Part shown: positions 1-8,886 of the stretch, in pieces | Numbering within the stretch: position 1 is the first letter of the stretch | Layout of the letters: each line of letters begins with the position of its first letter | From: a virus | DNA length: 64,000 nucleotides | Direction: 5' to 3' (one strand) | IMG/VR virus record: IMGVR_UViG_3300028175_000001 | Notes under the pieces: model-generated | Told to the model about the DNA's origin: nothing | The model's input: the letters and a program-made list of their open reading frames with translations, nothing else | Database searches by the model: none | Translations under genes and position numbers: made by a program

Positions 1-444
1 TATTTCTTCTTTTGGATAAAGATTGTGTGCTAATCTAGTTGCTTGTATTCCAGCACTTAATCCCCATCCATCATCTTTCCAAGGTGTTTTTCTTATTAAA
101 CTTCCTTCTTTAGCCCATGAAATATAAGTGTGATCACCCCAACCATTATAATAAAATTCATATCCTGTCGGTTCGTTTTCATAAATTTTAGAATCGGAAG
201 GAATATCAATAGTGTCTCTAATCATTCCTGGAAGAGAATTTATATTGCTCAAATAAACAATATTCTTTAAACTATAATCAGTATCTAGTATTTCATGAGT
301 GACATGAGGATCAATAGTTAAAAGATAATCTGGTGCAAAATCACGATAAAGAGCATTACAACCAAATGTCCATGCCTTTGTCTTAATATTTTCTAGATCC
401 ATATGTTGTCTAGATTTTCCATTTCCTATTATAACTACTGCCAC
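1..444 (-). CDS. Partial (runs off left edge) GNG-motif protein, paralog of 435..1043; possible DUF115/glycosyltransferase-like fold
   Basis: Not in the ORF track. Manual translation from GTG at 444 gives MAVVIIGNGKSRQHMDLENIKTKAWTFGCNALYRDFAPDYLLTIDP, which aligns with IGNGESR...YGSNGLYRDFTPDILLTCDP of the neighbour. Frame open to position 1. Confidence 0.7.
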   Translation of the reverse strand, partial: MAVVIIGNGKSRQHMDLENIKTKAWTFGCNALYRDFAPDYLLTIDPHVTHEILDTDYSLKNIVYLSNINSLPGMIRDTIDIPSDSKIYENEPTGYEFYYNGWGDHTYISWAKEGSLIRKTPWKDDGWGLSAGIQATRLAHNLYPKEEI

Positions 445-1043
445 GTTATTTCTTCCATAAATTGCTCTGTTGTTATATTATCAATATTTTCAATTTTTGT
501 ATCATCATCTATAACTCTTGTTAATCTTATTTTTGGACAAAAATGATCCTTCAACAAATAAAACAATCCAATTCTTTCATCTTCCGCCATATGAAATTCT
601 TCATTGGATGTTATTCCCTCCTTAAACATTGTTGGATAATTAGGAGAACCCTCATAAATATTTTTTCTATCACCGAATAAGTCAAAACCTATCATATATA
701 TTTGATCTTCTGGATGAAAATGATATGCCAATCTAATGCTCTCCCATCCAGAATTTACTGGATATATCTTCTCGAAAGGCACTAAAGAAACTTTATGTCC
801 TTTGGGTGTTTTTTTCAGTATATCCTGTATATTACCATATCCATATTCAGTTGTATAAACTTTATTTTCTTTAGAATATCCAGACTCAATTATTTCTTCA
901 AGCATCATTGGATCACATGTAAGGAGTATGTCTGGAGTAAAATCACGATAAAGACCATTACTTCCATATATTGTACCGTATTTCTTCAAAAATTGCAAGT
1001 CTATTTTTTGTCTTGACTCGCCATTACCTATACAAAAAATCAT
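435..1043 (-). CDS. Hypothetical protein with N-terminal IGNGxSR and IYMIGFD motifs (DUF115/sialyltransferase-like Rossmann fold, tentative)
   Basis: IGNGESR, GSNGLYRD and IYMIGFDL motifs; ATGA overlap with the upstream methyltransferase. Confidence 0.55.
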   Translation of the reverse strand: MIFCIGNGESRQKIDLQFLKKYGTIYGSNGLYRDFTPDILLTCDPMMLEEIIESGYSKENKVYTTEYGYGNIQDILKKTPKGHKVSLVPFEKIYPVNSGWESIRLAYHFHPEDQIYMIGFDLFGDRKNIYEGSPNYPTMFKEGITSNEEFHMAEDERIGLFYLLKDHFCPKIRLTRVIDDDTKIENIDNITTEQFMEEITWQ

Positions 1044-1573
1044 GCTTTTTTATAAATTTCACGTTCTATGTTTTTAATACCATGTGTATACGAATATACA
1101 ACATGAACTTCAATATTTTCTTTTATTGTTTCAGCTATTTTATTTCTCCACCAATCTTTCGGTTTTAATGTACAATGAGCATTTTCACCGTTTGGTAAAA
1201 TTTGACTGGCTGGATACATTGCTATATTTAAATAAGTACATTTATTTGATAATGTAAAAATTTCTTTTAAAGTGTAATTTATTTCTTTTTCTGGAACATG
1301 TTCTAAAACATCTGTACAAATAACACAATCAAAATTGCCAGATGGCAAAAGACCCCATTTTGGTATTGCAGGATCATAAAGCCCCATCTTATCAAGTCCC
1401 CATGATAAATGAATCCTATCTTCTATGTAATGTTTTGCATTTCCACATCCATAATCCAATGCGGTTTTTGATTTTGTAGTTTTTATTAATTTTTTGATAT
1501 TGTCTAAATGAAGCGTAAGGGAATTGCCAGGATAAGGAGGAAGTTGTTTATATAAATCAATTTTAGAATGCAT
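1040..1573 (-). CDS. Class I SAM-dependent methyltransferase
   Basis: Motif I LDYGCG, YDPA, and FDCVICTDVLEHVP. Confidence 0.85.
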   Translation of the reverse strand: MHSKIDLYKQLPPYPGNSLTLHLDNIKKLIKTTKSKTALDYGCGNAKHYIEDRIHLSWGLDKMGLYDPAIPKWGLLPSGNFDCVICTDVLEHVPEKEINYTLKEIFTLSNKCTYLNIAMYPASQILPNGENAHCTLKPKDWWRNKIAETIKENIEVHVVYSYTHGIKNIEREIYKKA

Positions 1574-1582
1574 AATGTCTCC

Positions 1583-1619
1583 AAAAACAAAAAAGGAGAA
1601 GGTTTAACCCTTCTCCTTT
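1583..1619 (-). terminator. Rho-independent terminator after the major capsid gene
   Basis: Minus strand AAAGGAGAAGG-GTTAAA-CCTTCTCCTTT followed by a T-rich tail, about 30 nt after the gp23 stop. Confidence 0.85.
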
Positions 1620-1646
1620 ATGTATAATCTAAATTTTCAGAGAAAA

Positions 1647-2987
1647 TTACATTAAGTTATTTACTCTTACAATTCTGTAATACTCGTTGCCTGCGGCACC
1701 AGCATTATCTGCACTAATATCTGCACTACCTGAGCTTGTGCTATCTGAAGCTCCAGTTGCAAATGGATTTCTTACAAGACCATAACGAGTCTTAAATCCA
1801 ATTTTTGGCTGGAAAGTGCTTGTATCAACTGCACGTACCATTTGTAACGGAACGTATGGGCAGTAGAACATACCAGCATCATATGAAGATGATCCTTTAT
1901 ATCCAACTACAAAATAGTTAGCATCATTTGTTACTGCATATGGATCAACATAAACACGATAACGCCCGTTAAGTACACCAACAAAAGTATTTCCTGCATC
2001 ATCAGGATTAAGATTGTTGCTGTCAAGAGCAGGAGCGTAATCAAGAACTCCAGCCATTTGAAGTGCGGAAGCAACATCTGAAGAGGTCATAAGGATATTA
2101 CCTTTTCCTCTACGTGTCTTCTTCGCAATCTCATTGGCTTCTCTCTCTATCTGGAACATGAGACCTTTAAACTTCTCTACGGACCAGCGACCATTTGAAT
2201 CTGTGTCAAGATCAAAAATACCTGCAGTTGTGGTGTTATTTTGGGCACCGACTTTGGCTTCTCTGTAAATCTTACGAATAACTTCACGATTAATTTCTGC
2301 AAGAATCTCAGCGGAAAGAATATTGCTGAGTTCTGTTTCTGCATCAAGACCATGAACTGCTTTAAGATCCTGAGCAACTTCCATTGTGTAATCCGCTCTT
2401 AAGGCTCTTGTTTTCGCAGTAACAGTAACCTTCTCAATCGAGAAAGCCATGTTATTAGGCGTCATTGACTCACCTGCGGCAGTTGATAATCCTCCACTTA
2501 CTAAAGTTTGAGAAGCATTAGCCGTACCATCAGAATGAATATGAAGTCCCGGAACATTGCTGTCTTGGGCTATGCCAGAATTAGCAGAATAATTTGTGTC
2601 CGCTTCATTATAAAGTGCTTCTGGTGACTGATTCATTGTGACATATCTTGCTCTCATAGCAAAGATAAGACCAGTAGGACCAGTCATTGGTTGCACACCA
2701 CAAACATCGTATGCAATCAAATTAGGCATTGCTCTCCGAACAAGAGAAATCATAATAGGGTCATATTTTGCAACACCCCCCTGATCAGGGAATGAGCCTG
2801 AAGCCTGGCCGGCCTCTGTCAAGAAATTTTGTGAAGAAAGGACTTGATTGTCTTCCTGCATGGACTTTTCTTGATTCTCCAAAAGAACAGTTGTTACTGC
2901 CTTTCTATATGGGTCTGAAATTGTTCCCAATTCTGGATGATCAAGAATAGGAGCCCACTTTTTTTGTAATTGCTCTGATAAATACAT
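1647..2987 (-). CDS. gp23: T4-like major capsid protein gp23
   Basis: KWAPILDH, LVRRAMPNLIAYDVCGVQPMTGPTGLIFAMR, FYCPYVPLQM and FQPKIGFKTRYG motifs. Confidence 0.98.
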   Translation of the reverse strand: MYLSEQLQKKWAPILDHPELGTISDPYRKAVTTVLLENQEKSMQEDNQVLSSQNFLTEAGQASGSFPDQGGVAKYDPIMISLVRRAMPNLIAYDVCGVQPMTGPTGLIFAMRARYVTMNQSPEALYNEADTNYSANSGIAQDSNVPGLHIHSDGTANASQTLVSGGLSTAAGESMTPNNMAFSIEKVTVTAKTRALRADYTMEVAQDLKAVHGLDAETELSNILSAEILAEINREVIRKIYREAKVGAQNNTTTAGIFDLDTDSNGRWSVEKFKGLMFQIEREANEIAKKTRRGKGNILMTSSDVASALQMAGVLDYAPALDSNNLNPDDAGNTFVGVLNGRYRVYVDPYAVTNDANYFVVGYKGSSSYDAGMFYCPYVPLQMVRAVDTSTFQPKIGFKTRYGLVRNPFATGASDSTSSGSADISADNAGAAGNEYYRIVRVNNLM

Positions 2988-3006
2988 GTGTAAATCTCCT
3001 TAATTG

Positions 3007-4206
3007 TTATTTAATAATAGTTCTAGAAATAGCTGATGCATATTTTTTGATATTTTCAGGCGCTTGTGCCATTGCATCGTCTGAAGAATTTTCTTCATTG
3101 AATTCCATATCATCTTGTGTATCTTCGATTAAAACGGTTTTTGGATTAATCGTTTCTTCTGCACGGAAATACTTGTCTTTAATAATCTGAAGTTTTTCAG
3201 TATAGGAATCTTCATTTTCATATCCAATACCCTCAGCCAATTTAATCATTTTTTCTTGATCAACTTCAGTCATTCCTTCTGAAACCATATACAAAGAATC
3301 CATCTTTTTGTACTCTTTGAGGTCTTTAGATGAATCAATGTTTTTTTGTATTTCAGAATTTAATGACTCTTCAAGGTCTTCAACCTTAGCGAATAGGTCA
3401 TCAACAAGATCAACCTTTTCGTCAGGAATATCAACATAATGTTCGACAAACAGATTTTTAAGACCAACCATAAAATCTTCAACGATTTCTGAACGAATGC
3501 CCTTATCAACGGCAAGTTCATTTTCTTGCATCCATTCATTAACAACATAATTCATGAAATCATCTACTTTTTCAATCATAACACTATGGTTATTTTCGAT
3601 GGCTTCTTGAAGTTCTGTTTTATATTGTTCATCGAGTTTGTCTATTCTTGTGGAAACTTCATCGTTGACTCTAGCAAAAACTGCGGCTTCAAATATAGTA
3701 GCCGCCTTTTCTTTAAATTCGTCTGACAGTTCTTCTCCCTCAATAAGGGCTTGAACATCACTCTCTAAATCAAATTCTTCTCTAGTAACAACTTCTCGTG
3801 TTTCTTTTTTATTTTCGGAAACAATTTCATTACCTTCTTCGTCGAATTCGGCTTCATCAATTTCGTTAAGCGCACCGAGAATTTCAGCAACTTCATCTTT
3901 GCTCATCTCGTCTAACTTATCATAAATTGATTTAATAAGTGACATTTTTGATGCACTTTCAGAAACTCCTCCTTTATCAGCAGGACGCTTCTTAGCAGAT
4001 GGCACCCCTTTTGTAAAATCTGGTTTGGGCCCATCGGGAACCTCGTTATTTACTCCCGTATCTATTGCTTTTTTGGGAGCTTTTTTAATTGGTTCTTTAT
4101 TTTTTCCAGCACCTGGATATGAAGTCTCATGTACCTGAGATTCTTCATTTGTAATATCCTCTTGAGTTTCCTCTTGAGTTTCCTCTATTACGTTTTCTTC
4201 TGACAT
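3007..4206 (-). CDS. gp22: Prohead core scaffolding protein gp22
   Basis: Acidic coiled coil; LSDEFKEKAATIFEAAV and YVVNEWMQENELAV; lies between gp21 and gp23. Confidence 0.92.
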   Translation of the reverse strand: MSEENVIEETQEETQEDITNEESQVHETSYPGAGKNKEPIKKAPKKAIDTGVNNEVPDGPKPDFTKGVPSAKKRPADKGGVSESASKMSLIKSIYDKLDEMSKDEVAEILGALNEIDEAEFDEEGNEIVSENKKETREVVTREEFDLESDVQALIEGEELSDEFKEKAATIFEAAVFARVNDEVSTRIDKLDEQYKTELQEAIENNHSVMIEKVDDFMNYVVNEWMQENELAVDKGIRSEIVEDFMVGLKNLFVEHYVDIPDEKVDLVDDLFAKVEDLEESLNSEIQKNIDSSKDLKEYKKMDSLYMVSEGMTEVDQEKMIKLAEGIGYENEDSYTEKLQIIKDKYFRAEETINPKTVLIEDTQDDMEFNEENSSDDAMAQAPENIKKYASAISRTIIK

Positions 4207-4255
4207 TTGATAACTCCTTAATTTTGTGAGAATTTTGTTTTCTGTCTCATGTTTA

Positions 4256-4263
4256 TATTTATA
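4256..4263 (-). promoter_or_regulatory. T4-type late promoter upstream of gp22/gp23
   Basis: Exact TATAAATA on the minus strand in the gp21-gp22 intergenic gap. Confidence 0.8.
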
Positions 4264-4266
4264 TAA

Positions 4267-4911
4267 TTATAGATTTGAAAGAAAACTATTAAACGCTTTT
4301 AACTTTACATTCTCTAGTTTAATGGAAGAGGATTTGTTAATTTCTTTTTTAATAAACGAAAGAGCTTTTTCTTTAATAACCCCTGACTCCCAAACCCATT
4401 CTTTTCCTTCCATGATTCCTTGAACAAATGCCTCGGGTGCAGAAGGATCAGCAACTATATCAGCGGCTGTTGCTAAATAAAAATCATCTTTTACATATTT
4501 TGTTCCACCCTTTTCTTCTAAAGACCCCATTCCCCTAGAAGAAACGCCTAACTGTGCGCCATTTTCAATAAGATTTTGCACAATTTTTCCATATGGAGTG
4601 TCCATAATTTTTGCTTTACCAATAACATTATTACCGTCTTCTTCCAGCTCGGTAATCATATGAGACACCCTTTCTAAATTTATACCAGGACCATCTGGAT
4701 GCCCCAATTCTCCAAATGCTCTTTTTTTGTTAACATAATTCTCATTATATCTCTGAATTTCTTTCATAAGAATTTCTTTGGGATAAACTCTTCCATTTTT
4801 ATTTTTCACTTCTGCCATCATGAACGGTCCATGAATATATAGAGACTTTTTCCCATTGATAGTTTCTGTAATATATTCTATATTTTCTGTAATTTCTGTA
4901 ATTAATCTCAT
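4267..4911 (-). CDS. gp21: Prohead protease gp21
   Basis: MRLITE, NKNGRVYP, GELGHP, GVSSRGMGS and DIVADPSAP motifs. Confidence 0.97.
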   Translation of the reverse strand: MRLITEITENIEYITETINGKKSLYIHGPFMMAEVKNKNGRVYPKEILMKEIQRYNENYVNKKRAFGELGHPDGPGINLERVSHMITELEEDGNNVIGKAKIMDTPYGKIVQNLIENGAQLGVSSRGMGSLEEKGGTKYVKDDFYLATAADIVADPSAPEAFVQGIMEGKEWVWESGVIKEKALSFIKKEINKSSSIKLENVKLKAFNSFLSNL

Positions 4912-4920
4912 GACTTAGCC

Positions 4921-5319
4921 TTATTGTCCAGGTGTTTTTATCTTTGTCTTTCTTTTACGTTGCAATTCTTGATATCTTTTAACTTTTACTAGTCGTTTTG
5001 CCATTTTTTTAATTTTGGGTAAAAACTTATCTAATCTTGTTGATATCATCATTTTTTGAGCAGGAGACATAGATGCCATACTTTGTCCTTTAGCAATTCT
5101 ATTTTTCATTATATTTCTAGCACTTCTCTGAGCCCGTTTTTGCAATACTTTTGGACTAGCCATTCTTCTTAATGCTCTCTCCTTCGCTCTTGTCAATAAC
5201 TTAGAACGTCTTCTAGCTCGTTGACCCGCTTTCAATCTTTGTTGAAGAGTAAATTTTCTTTCCTCTAAGGGAACATGTTGATATTCTGATTCATCTTTAA
5301 ATTCTCTGAAATTTTTCAT
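4921..5319 (-). CDS. Basic prohead core/internal protein (gp68-like position)
   Basis: Very K/R-rich; N-terminus MKNFREF resembles a capsid targeting sequence; directly upstream of gp21. Confidence 0.55.
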   Translation of the reverse strand: MKNFREFKDESEYQHVPLEERKFTLQQRLKAGQRARRRSKLLTRAKERALRRMASPKVLQKRAQRSARNIMKNRIAKGQSMASMSPAQKMMISTRLDKFLPKIKKMAKRLVKVKRYQELQRKRKTKIKTPGQ

Positions 5320-5636
5320 TTTTTTTGATGATGCTTTCCTAATTTCGAAATTCCCCTATACAACCCAGATCTCAACGTTTTCTTTCTTTTTAAAGTTATT
5401 AATCTCTGTTTTATTTTTCTTTTTCTTAAAGACTGCCTTATTTTCAAATTAGTTTTAGGATTAAACCTTTTTCTTTCTTTAGCAGACATTTTTTTAAGGA
5501 TCTTTTTACCCGCAACTTTTCTATATCCTTTACCGATCAGGCTTCTGCTTTTTCTAAAAATATTTCTGAACGCCTTTCGTCTACCGCCAATAGTTCGAAC
5601 ACGACTAATTTTATGTATTCTTCTCGCATTTGCCAT
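5316..5636 (-). CDS. Highly basic small protein, putative prohead core/DNA-binding protein
   Basis: K/R-rich throughout; ATGA-coupled to the next gene in the head cluster. Confidence 0.5.
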   Translation of the reverse strand: MANARRIHKISRVRTIGGRRKAFRNIFRKSRSLIGKGYRKVAGKKILKKMSAKERKRFNPKTNLKIRQSLRKRKIKQRLITLKRKKTLRSGLYRGISKLGKHHQKK

Positions 5637-5642
5637 TTAACA

Positions 5643-5891
5643 TTAGTCCGAATGTGCTATTTTTGTCGCTTGACCCGTGAAGGTTATGCTATAAGCGGCA
5701 TCTTTATTAACTTTATGTATTCCTACAGGAAGTTTAATTGTTCCTTTAGACTCCCATGCCGCACCATTTAATCCAAGACCCTGTACTTCTACAACTCCAG
5801 CAGTTTCTATGTTACACGCAACCGAAGTCGCTGAACCTATTGTATTATTTGCTGGATCTGTTACTAAAGTTCCAAGTATTTTATAAGCCAT
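5643..5891 (-). CDS. Hypothetical small protein (possible virion component)
   Basis: ORF with GAGGAG SD upstream, in the head operon. Confidence 0.55.
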   Translation of the reverse strand: MAYKILGTLVTDPANNTIGSATSVACNIETAGVVEVQGLGLNGAAWESKGTIKLPVGIHKVNKDAAYSITFTGQATKIAHSD

Positions 5892-5894
5892 TAA

Positions 5895-6473
5895 TTACTC
5901 TCCTCTGCTTCTAGAAAAAGAAACCATGTTCCAAAAATCTTTCTTACTTTCAAATAGTTTTTTAGAAAACTCTTCTTTATTTTTTTCATTTAATCTTTTA
6001 TATGTTTCGTATAAAATTTTTGCATCATCAGGATCAACAATTACTTGAATATCATCTTTTAAACTTATTTTATGAGATCTTTGTTCTTTATAAATTTGTT
6101 TAAGCAATGGAATTAAATCATTAATATGATGAACATCTTCAATCATATCTGCATCATCATATTCATATTCTTCATATGGATTATCTTCTGAACCATGTTC
6201 CATTTCATAATCAAGATAATATTTTACAGAACTTAAATTAGAACATGCTTTTGAAATTTTATCTTGTACCCATGTTTCTAATTCAACTTGATCATCAAGC
6301 ATTTCAAAAAGGTCCTTACTGTATTTATGCACTTTATATAAACTTTGTTTAGCCAGTCTTCCTTCAAAATCATCATATTTCATTTTCATATGAGGAAATT
6401 CATGAGAAATGTTTACAGAATGTTCTTTTATTTCTTTTTTAGCTACTGATGATAAATCTTTAAATGTTTTCAT
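5895..6473 (-). CDS. Hypothetical head-associated protein
   Basis: Follows a late promoter; MKTFK start; LETWVQDKI motif. Confidence 0.6.
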   Translation of the reverse strand: MKTFKDLSSVAKKEIKEHSVNISHEFPHMKMKYDDFEGRLAKQSLYKVHKYSKDLFEMLDDQVELETWVQDKISKACSNLSSVKYYLDYEMEHGSEDNPYEEYEYDDADMIEDVHHINDLIPLLKQIYKEQRSHKISLKDDIQVIVDPDDAKILYETYKRLNEKNKEEFSKKLFESKKDFWNMVSFSRSRGE

Positions 6474-6507
6474 AACCCCTTGGCATTAAATTGTAATATC
6501 TAATTTA

Positions 6508-6515
6508 TATTTATA
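6508..6515 (-). promoter_or_regulatory. T4-type late promoter at the downstream edge of the biosynthetic island
   Basis: Exact TATAAATA on the minus strand, about 35 nt upstream of the ATG at 6473. Confidence 0.8.
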
Positions 6516-6533
6516 TAATCCATGTCCTTTGTG

Positions 6534-6920
6534 TTAAATCATTTTTCCTAAAATCATGCCAAAGTCATTAGGTAAATGGTAAATTATATTTTTTTCATCT
6601 AAAAGTGTTTTAACTTGATCATATATGGATTCATCAAAATCAAAATACCACATATAATCTTCTGCCCATTGCCCAGCACATGAAACCAAAGAAAGCAATG
6701 TTGAATTATTAGCAGTGTGTTTATATTCATTTTTAACATATCCAGATGTAGTAGGATCAAAAGTGCATATTAACGATGATGTTTGTAAATGTATTTTATG
6801 AAAGTCTGTTAAATCTGGAACAGGTTCAATATCACAATCCAATACAAATTCATTATCAACTATTGTTAATGTTGCTTCTATCTCTATTCCGCTCTCTGTT
6901 AAAGGCATATTCCGCTCCAA
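6534..6920 (-). CDS. Hypothetical protein (last gene of the island)
   Basis: ORF overlapping the upstream gene; start may be the ATG near 6908. Confidence 0.55.
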   Translation of the reverse strand: MERNMPLTESGIEIEATLTIVDNEFVLDCDIEPVPDLTDFHKIHLQTSSLICTFDPTTSGYVKNEYKHTANNSTLLSLVSCAGQWAEDYMWYFDFDESIYDQVKTLLDEKNIIYHLPNDFGMILGKMI

Positions 6921-7486
6921 AAATCATCCCAAATAAGTTTATCTGCTGAATCATAAGGTCTAAACCATTTATCCCCAACATGCATTTTTTTAACACCATC
7001 AAATGGAAGTTCGACCCAAAATAATAAGCGAGGTTTCCATTCTGGATTTAATTTCCAATTTTCCCAATGAAGAACACTACCTAAAAACGAATCCATTAAT
7101 AAATCGTCACCTAAATACAAATAATTTATAATTTTACTGCCTAATTTTCTTAACAAAAGAGGATTTTCTAAAATAACAAAAACAGGTAGTCCATAAGCAG
7201 AATCAGGAAGTTCATCTAATGATTGCTCGTTAAATGTATGTATTGTTGCACCTGTTTGTTGTAAATCATTCTTAATGGCTCTCATCATCTGAACTGCATG
7301 AATTTCATATTGTTCCATATCTAAGTCAGAATTAATATTATTATCAGGAAATAAAGATAAGGATACATTCATAAGAAAATGATTAATCGCAATATTAGAA
7401 CCATTAAGATGTGTAGGATATAAATCTTTTTTGAGAGAATTCGTCCAAGCAGTTTTAAATATTGTTCTTCGTTCTTCGGGAGTCAT
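6899..7486 (-). CDS. Hypothetical protein; shares a motif with the small ORF at 24939..25118
   Basis: LLRKLGSKIINYLYLGDD and DKLIWDDFWSGI segments; ATGA coupling. Confidence 0.65.
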   Translation of the reverse strand: MTPEERRTIFKTAWTNSLKKDLYPTHLNGSNIAINHFLMNVSLSLFPDNNINSDLDMEQYEIHAVQMMRAIKNDLQQTGATIHTFNEQSLDELPDSAYGLPVFVILENPLLLRKLGSKIINYLYLGDDLLMDSFLGSVLHWENWKLNPEWKPRLLFWVELPFDGVKKMHVGDKWFRPYDSADKLIWDDFWSGICL

Positions 7487-7983
7487 AATGATATTCCTTT
7501 TCGGTCAAAATATTCCGTTATACTATGCATAAAATCATAAATATATGCCCATTTCATATGAAATTGAGGCCTCCCCTCCTTACTTTGCTGTAAATATTCC
7601 ATCACGGAACTATTAGGATCAACAGTAGGATATGATGTATATAAATTTTCAAGAAAAGCATCAAAATGTTCTTGACCATATTTCGTTGCTAACGAATTAT
7701 ATCCATTTATTATAGTATTTATTCTCGTAGAATACGAATGAATATGATCAGGTCCAGGATGTAATTGTTTATCGATATATGTTCGACCTTCTTCTACGGT
7801 ATCATCTGTATATTGAGTATCATCTATGATAGTCTCTTTTGTAAATCTAATCTTTGATGTTGAATGAATTAAACAATGAAGTTCTATTAATAATGTATCA
7901 TCATCTAGTTCATCTTCCATTTTTAACTTTGACCACAGAGGAGATGTATCTATAGTCGGAAATTCTTCAGTAATTCTTCCCAT
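7483..7983 (-). CDS. Hypothetical protein
   Basis: ORF with AAGGA SD; coupled in the operon. Confidence 0.6.
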   Translation of the reverse strand: MGRITEEFPTIDTSPLWSKLKMEDELDDDTLLIELHCLIHSTSKIRFTKETIIDDTQYTDDTVEEGRTYIDKQLHPGPDHIHSYSTRINTIINGYNSLATKYGQEHFDAFLENLYTSYPTVDPNSSVMEYLQQSKEGRPQFHMKWAYIYDFMHSITEYFDRKGISL

Positions 7984-7992
7984 TTTATATCC

Positions 7993-8886
7993 TTACTTTA
8001 ATGCTTCCAAAAACCAGTCTATTCGTTTTTCTTCTTCTAAAAGGTATTTAGTAAACGGTTTTGCTATTTTACCATATTGGCAACTTTCAATAAAGGGTTT
8101 ATCTTCTGATAAAATGGTCGGTACAAAGTTTTTCGCACTCGTTTTTATAACGTCCGCCATTCGTTCATCCATACCTTCTTTATTAAAATATCCTTCATAT
8201 ACTACTGTTGTTTCATTATGTTTTTCGGGAATAAAATAACCAATAAACGTCACAATATCAGAAATATTTGATATAAACAAATTAGGAAATATATAGATAT
8301 TTTCCCATTTCCATTCATCAATATATTTTTTATATCGTTGAGGTGCTTCTGAAACTATTCGTTCTAATGAATGTTTTCCATATCTTATTTGTTCTGGAAT
8401 ATGGTCTAATGAAAGAAATGGTTTTAACATATTTTTAGATTCTTTATGTACGTGTTTTACATGCTGGTATTCTATAACATTTTCAACAAATAATTTCCAA
8501 TTTGCGTTAATTTTCAACTCGTAATGAAAAAAATGATTATTGGCTTTATAATTATATTTGCGTAATAAAGAAATCATTGAAGGATCGTGTTCACCTACAA
8601 ACAATAAATTTTTATATCTGTAATGAGGATATTGTTTTGCATGAGACTGGTCTTTACCATGATAACCACATACAAATTCTTGATTACCATATCCTAGGGG
8701 GTGTATTAAGGAAAGTCTATGGTCACAAACATTATCATAAACAGCACCATCTCTAACAACAACTGGGTGTTTTCCTATAAGAAAACTGTGATAATCATTT
8801 TTACGTAATGAACGATACCCAGAATCTACAAACATTCCTTTTAAGAATATTTTTTCTATTTCCTCACTAAATCGTTGTTTTTCCAT
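7993..8886 (-). CDS. Rieske non-heme iron oxygenase, alpha-subunit-like
   Basis: Rieske ligands CDH...CGYHG; mononuclear Fe motif NWKLFVENVIEYQHVKHVH; distal Asp in EDKPFIE. Confidence 0.85.
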   Translation of the reverse strand: MEKQRFSEEIEKIFLKGMFVDSGYRSLRKNDYHSFLIGKHPVVVRDGAVYDNVCDHRLSLIHPLGYGNQEFVCGYHGKDQSHAKQYPHYRYKNLLFVGEHDPSMISLLRKYNYKANNHFFHYELKINANWKLFVENVIEYQHVKHVHKESKNMLKPFLSLDHIPEQIRYGKHSLERIVSEAPQRYKKYIDEWKWENIYIFPNLFISNISDIVTFIGYFIPEKHNETTVVYEGYFNKEGMDERMADVIKTSAKNFVPTILSEDKPFIESCQYGKIAKPFTKYLLEEEKRIDWFLEALK

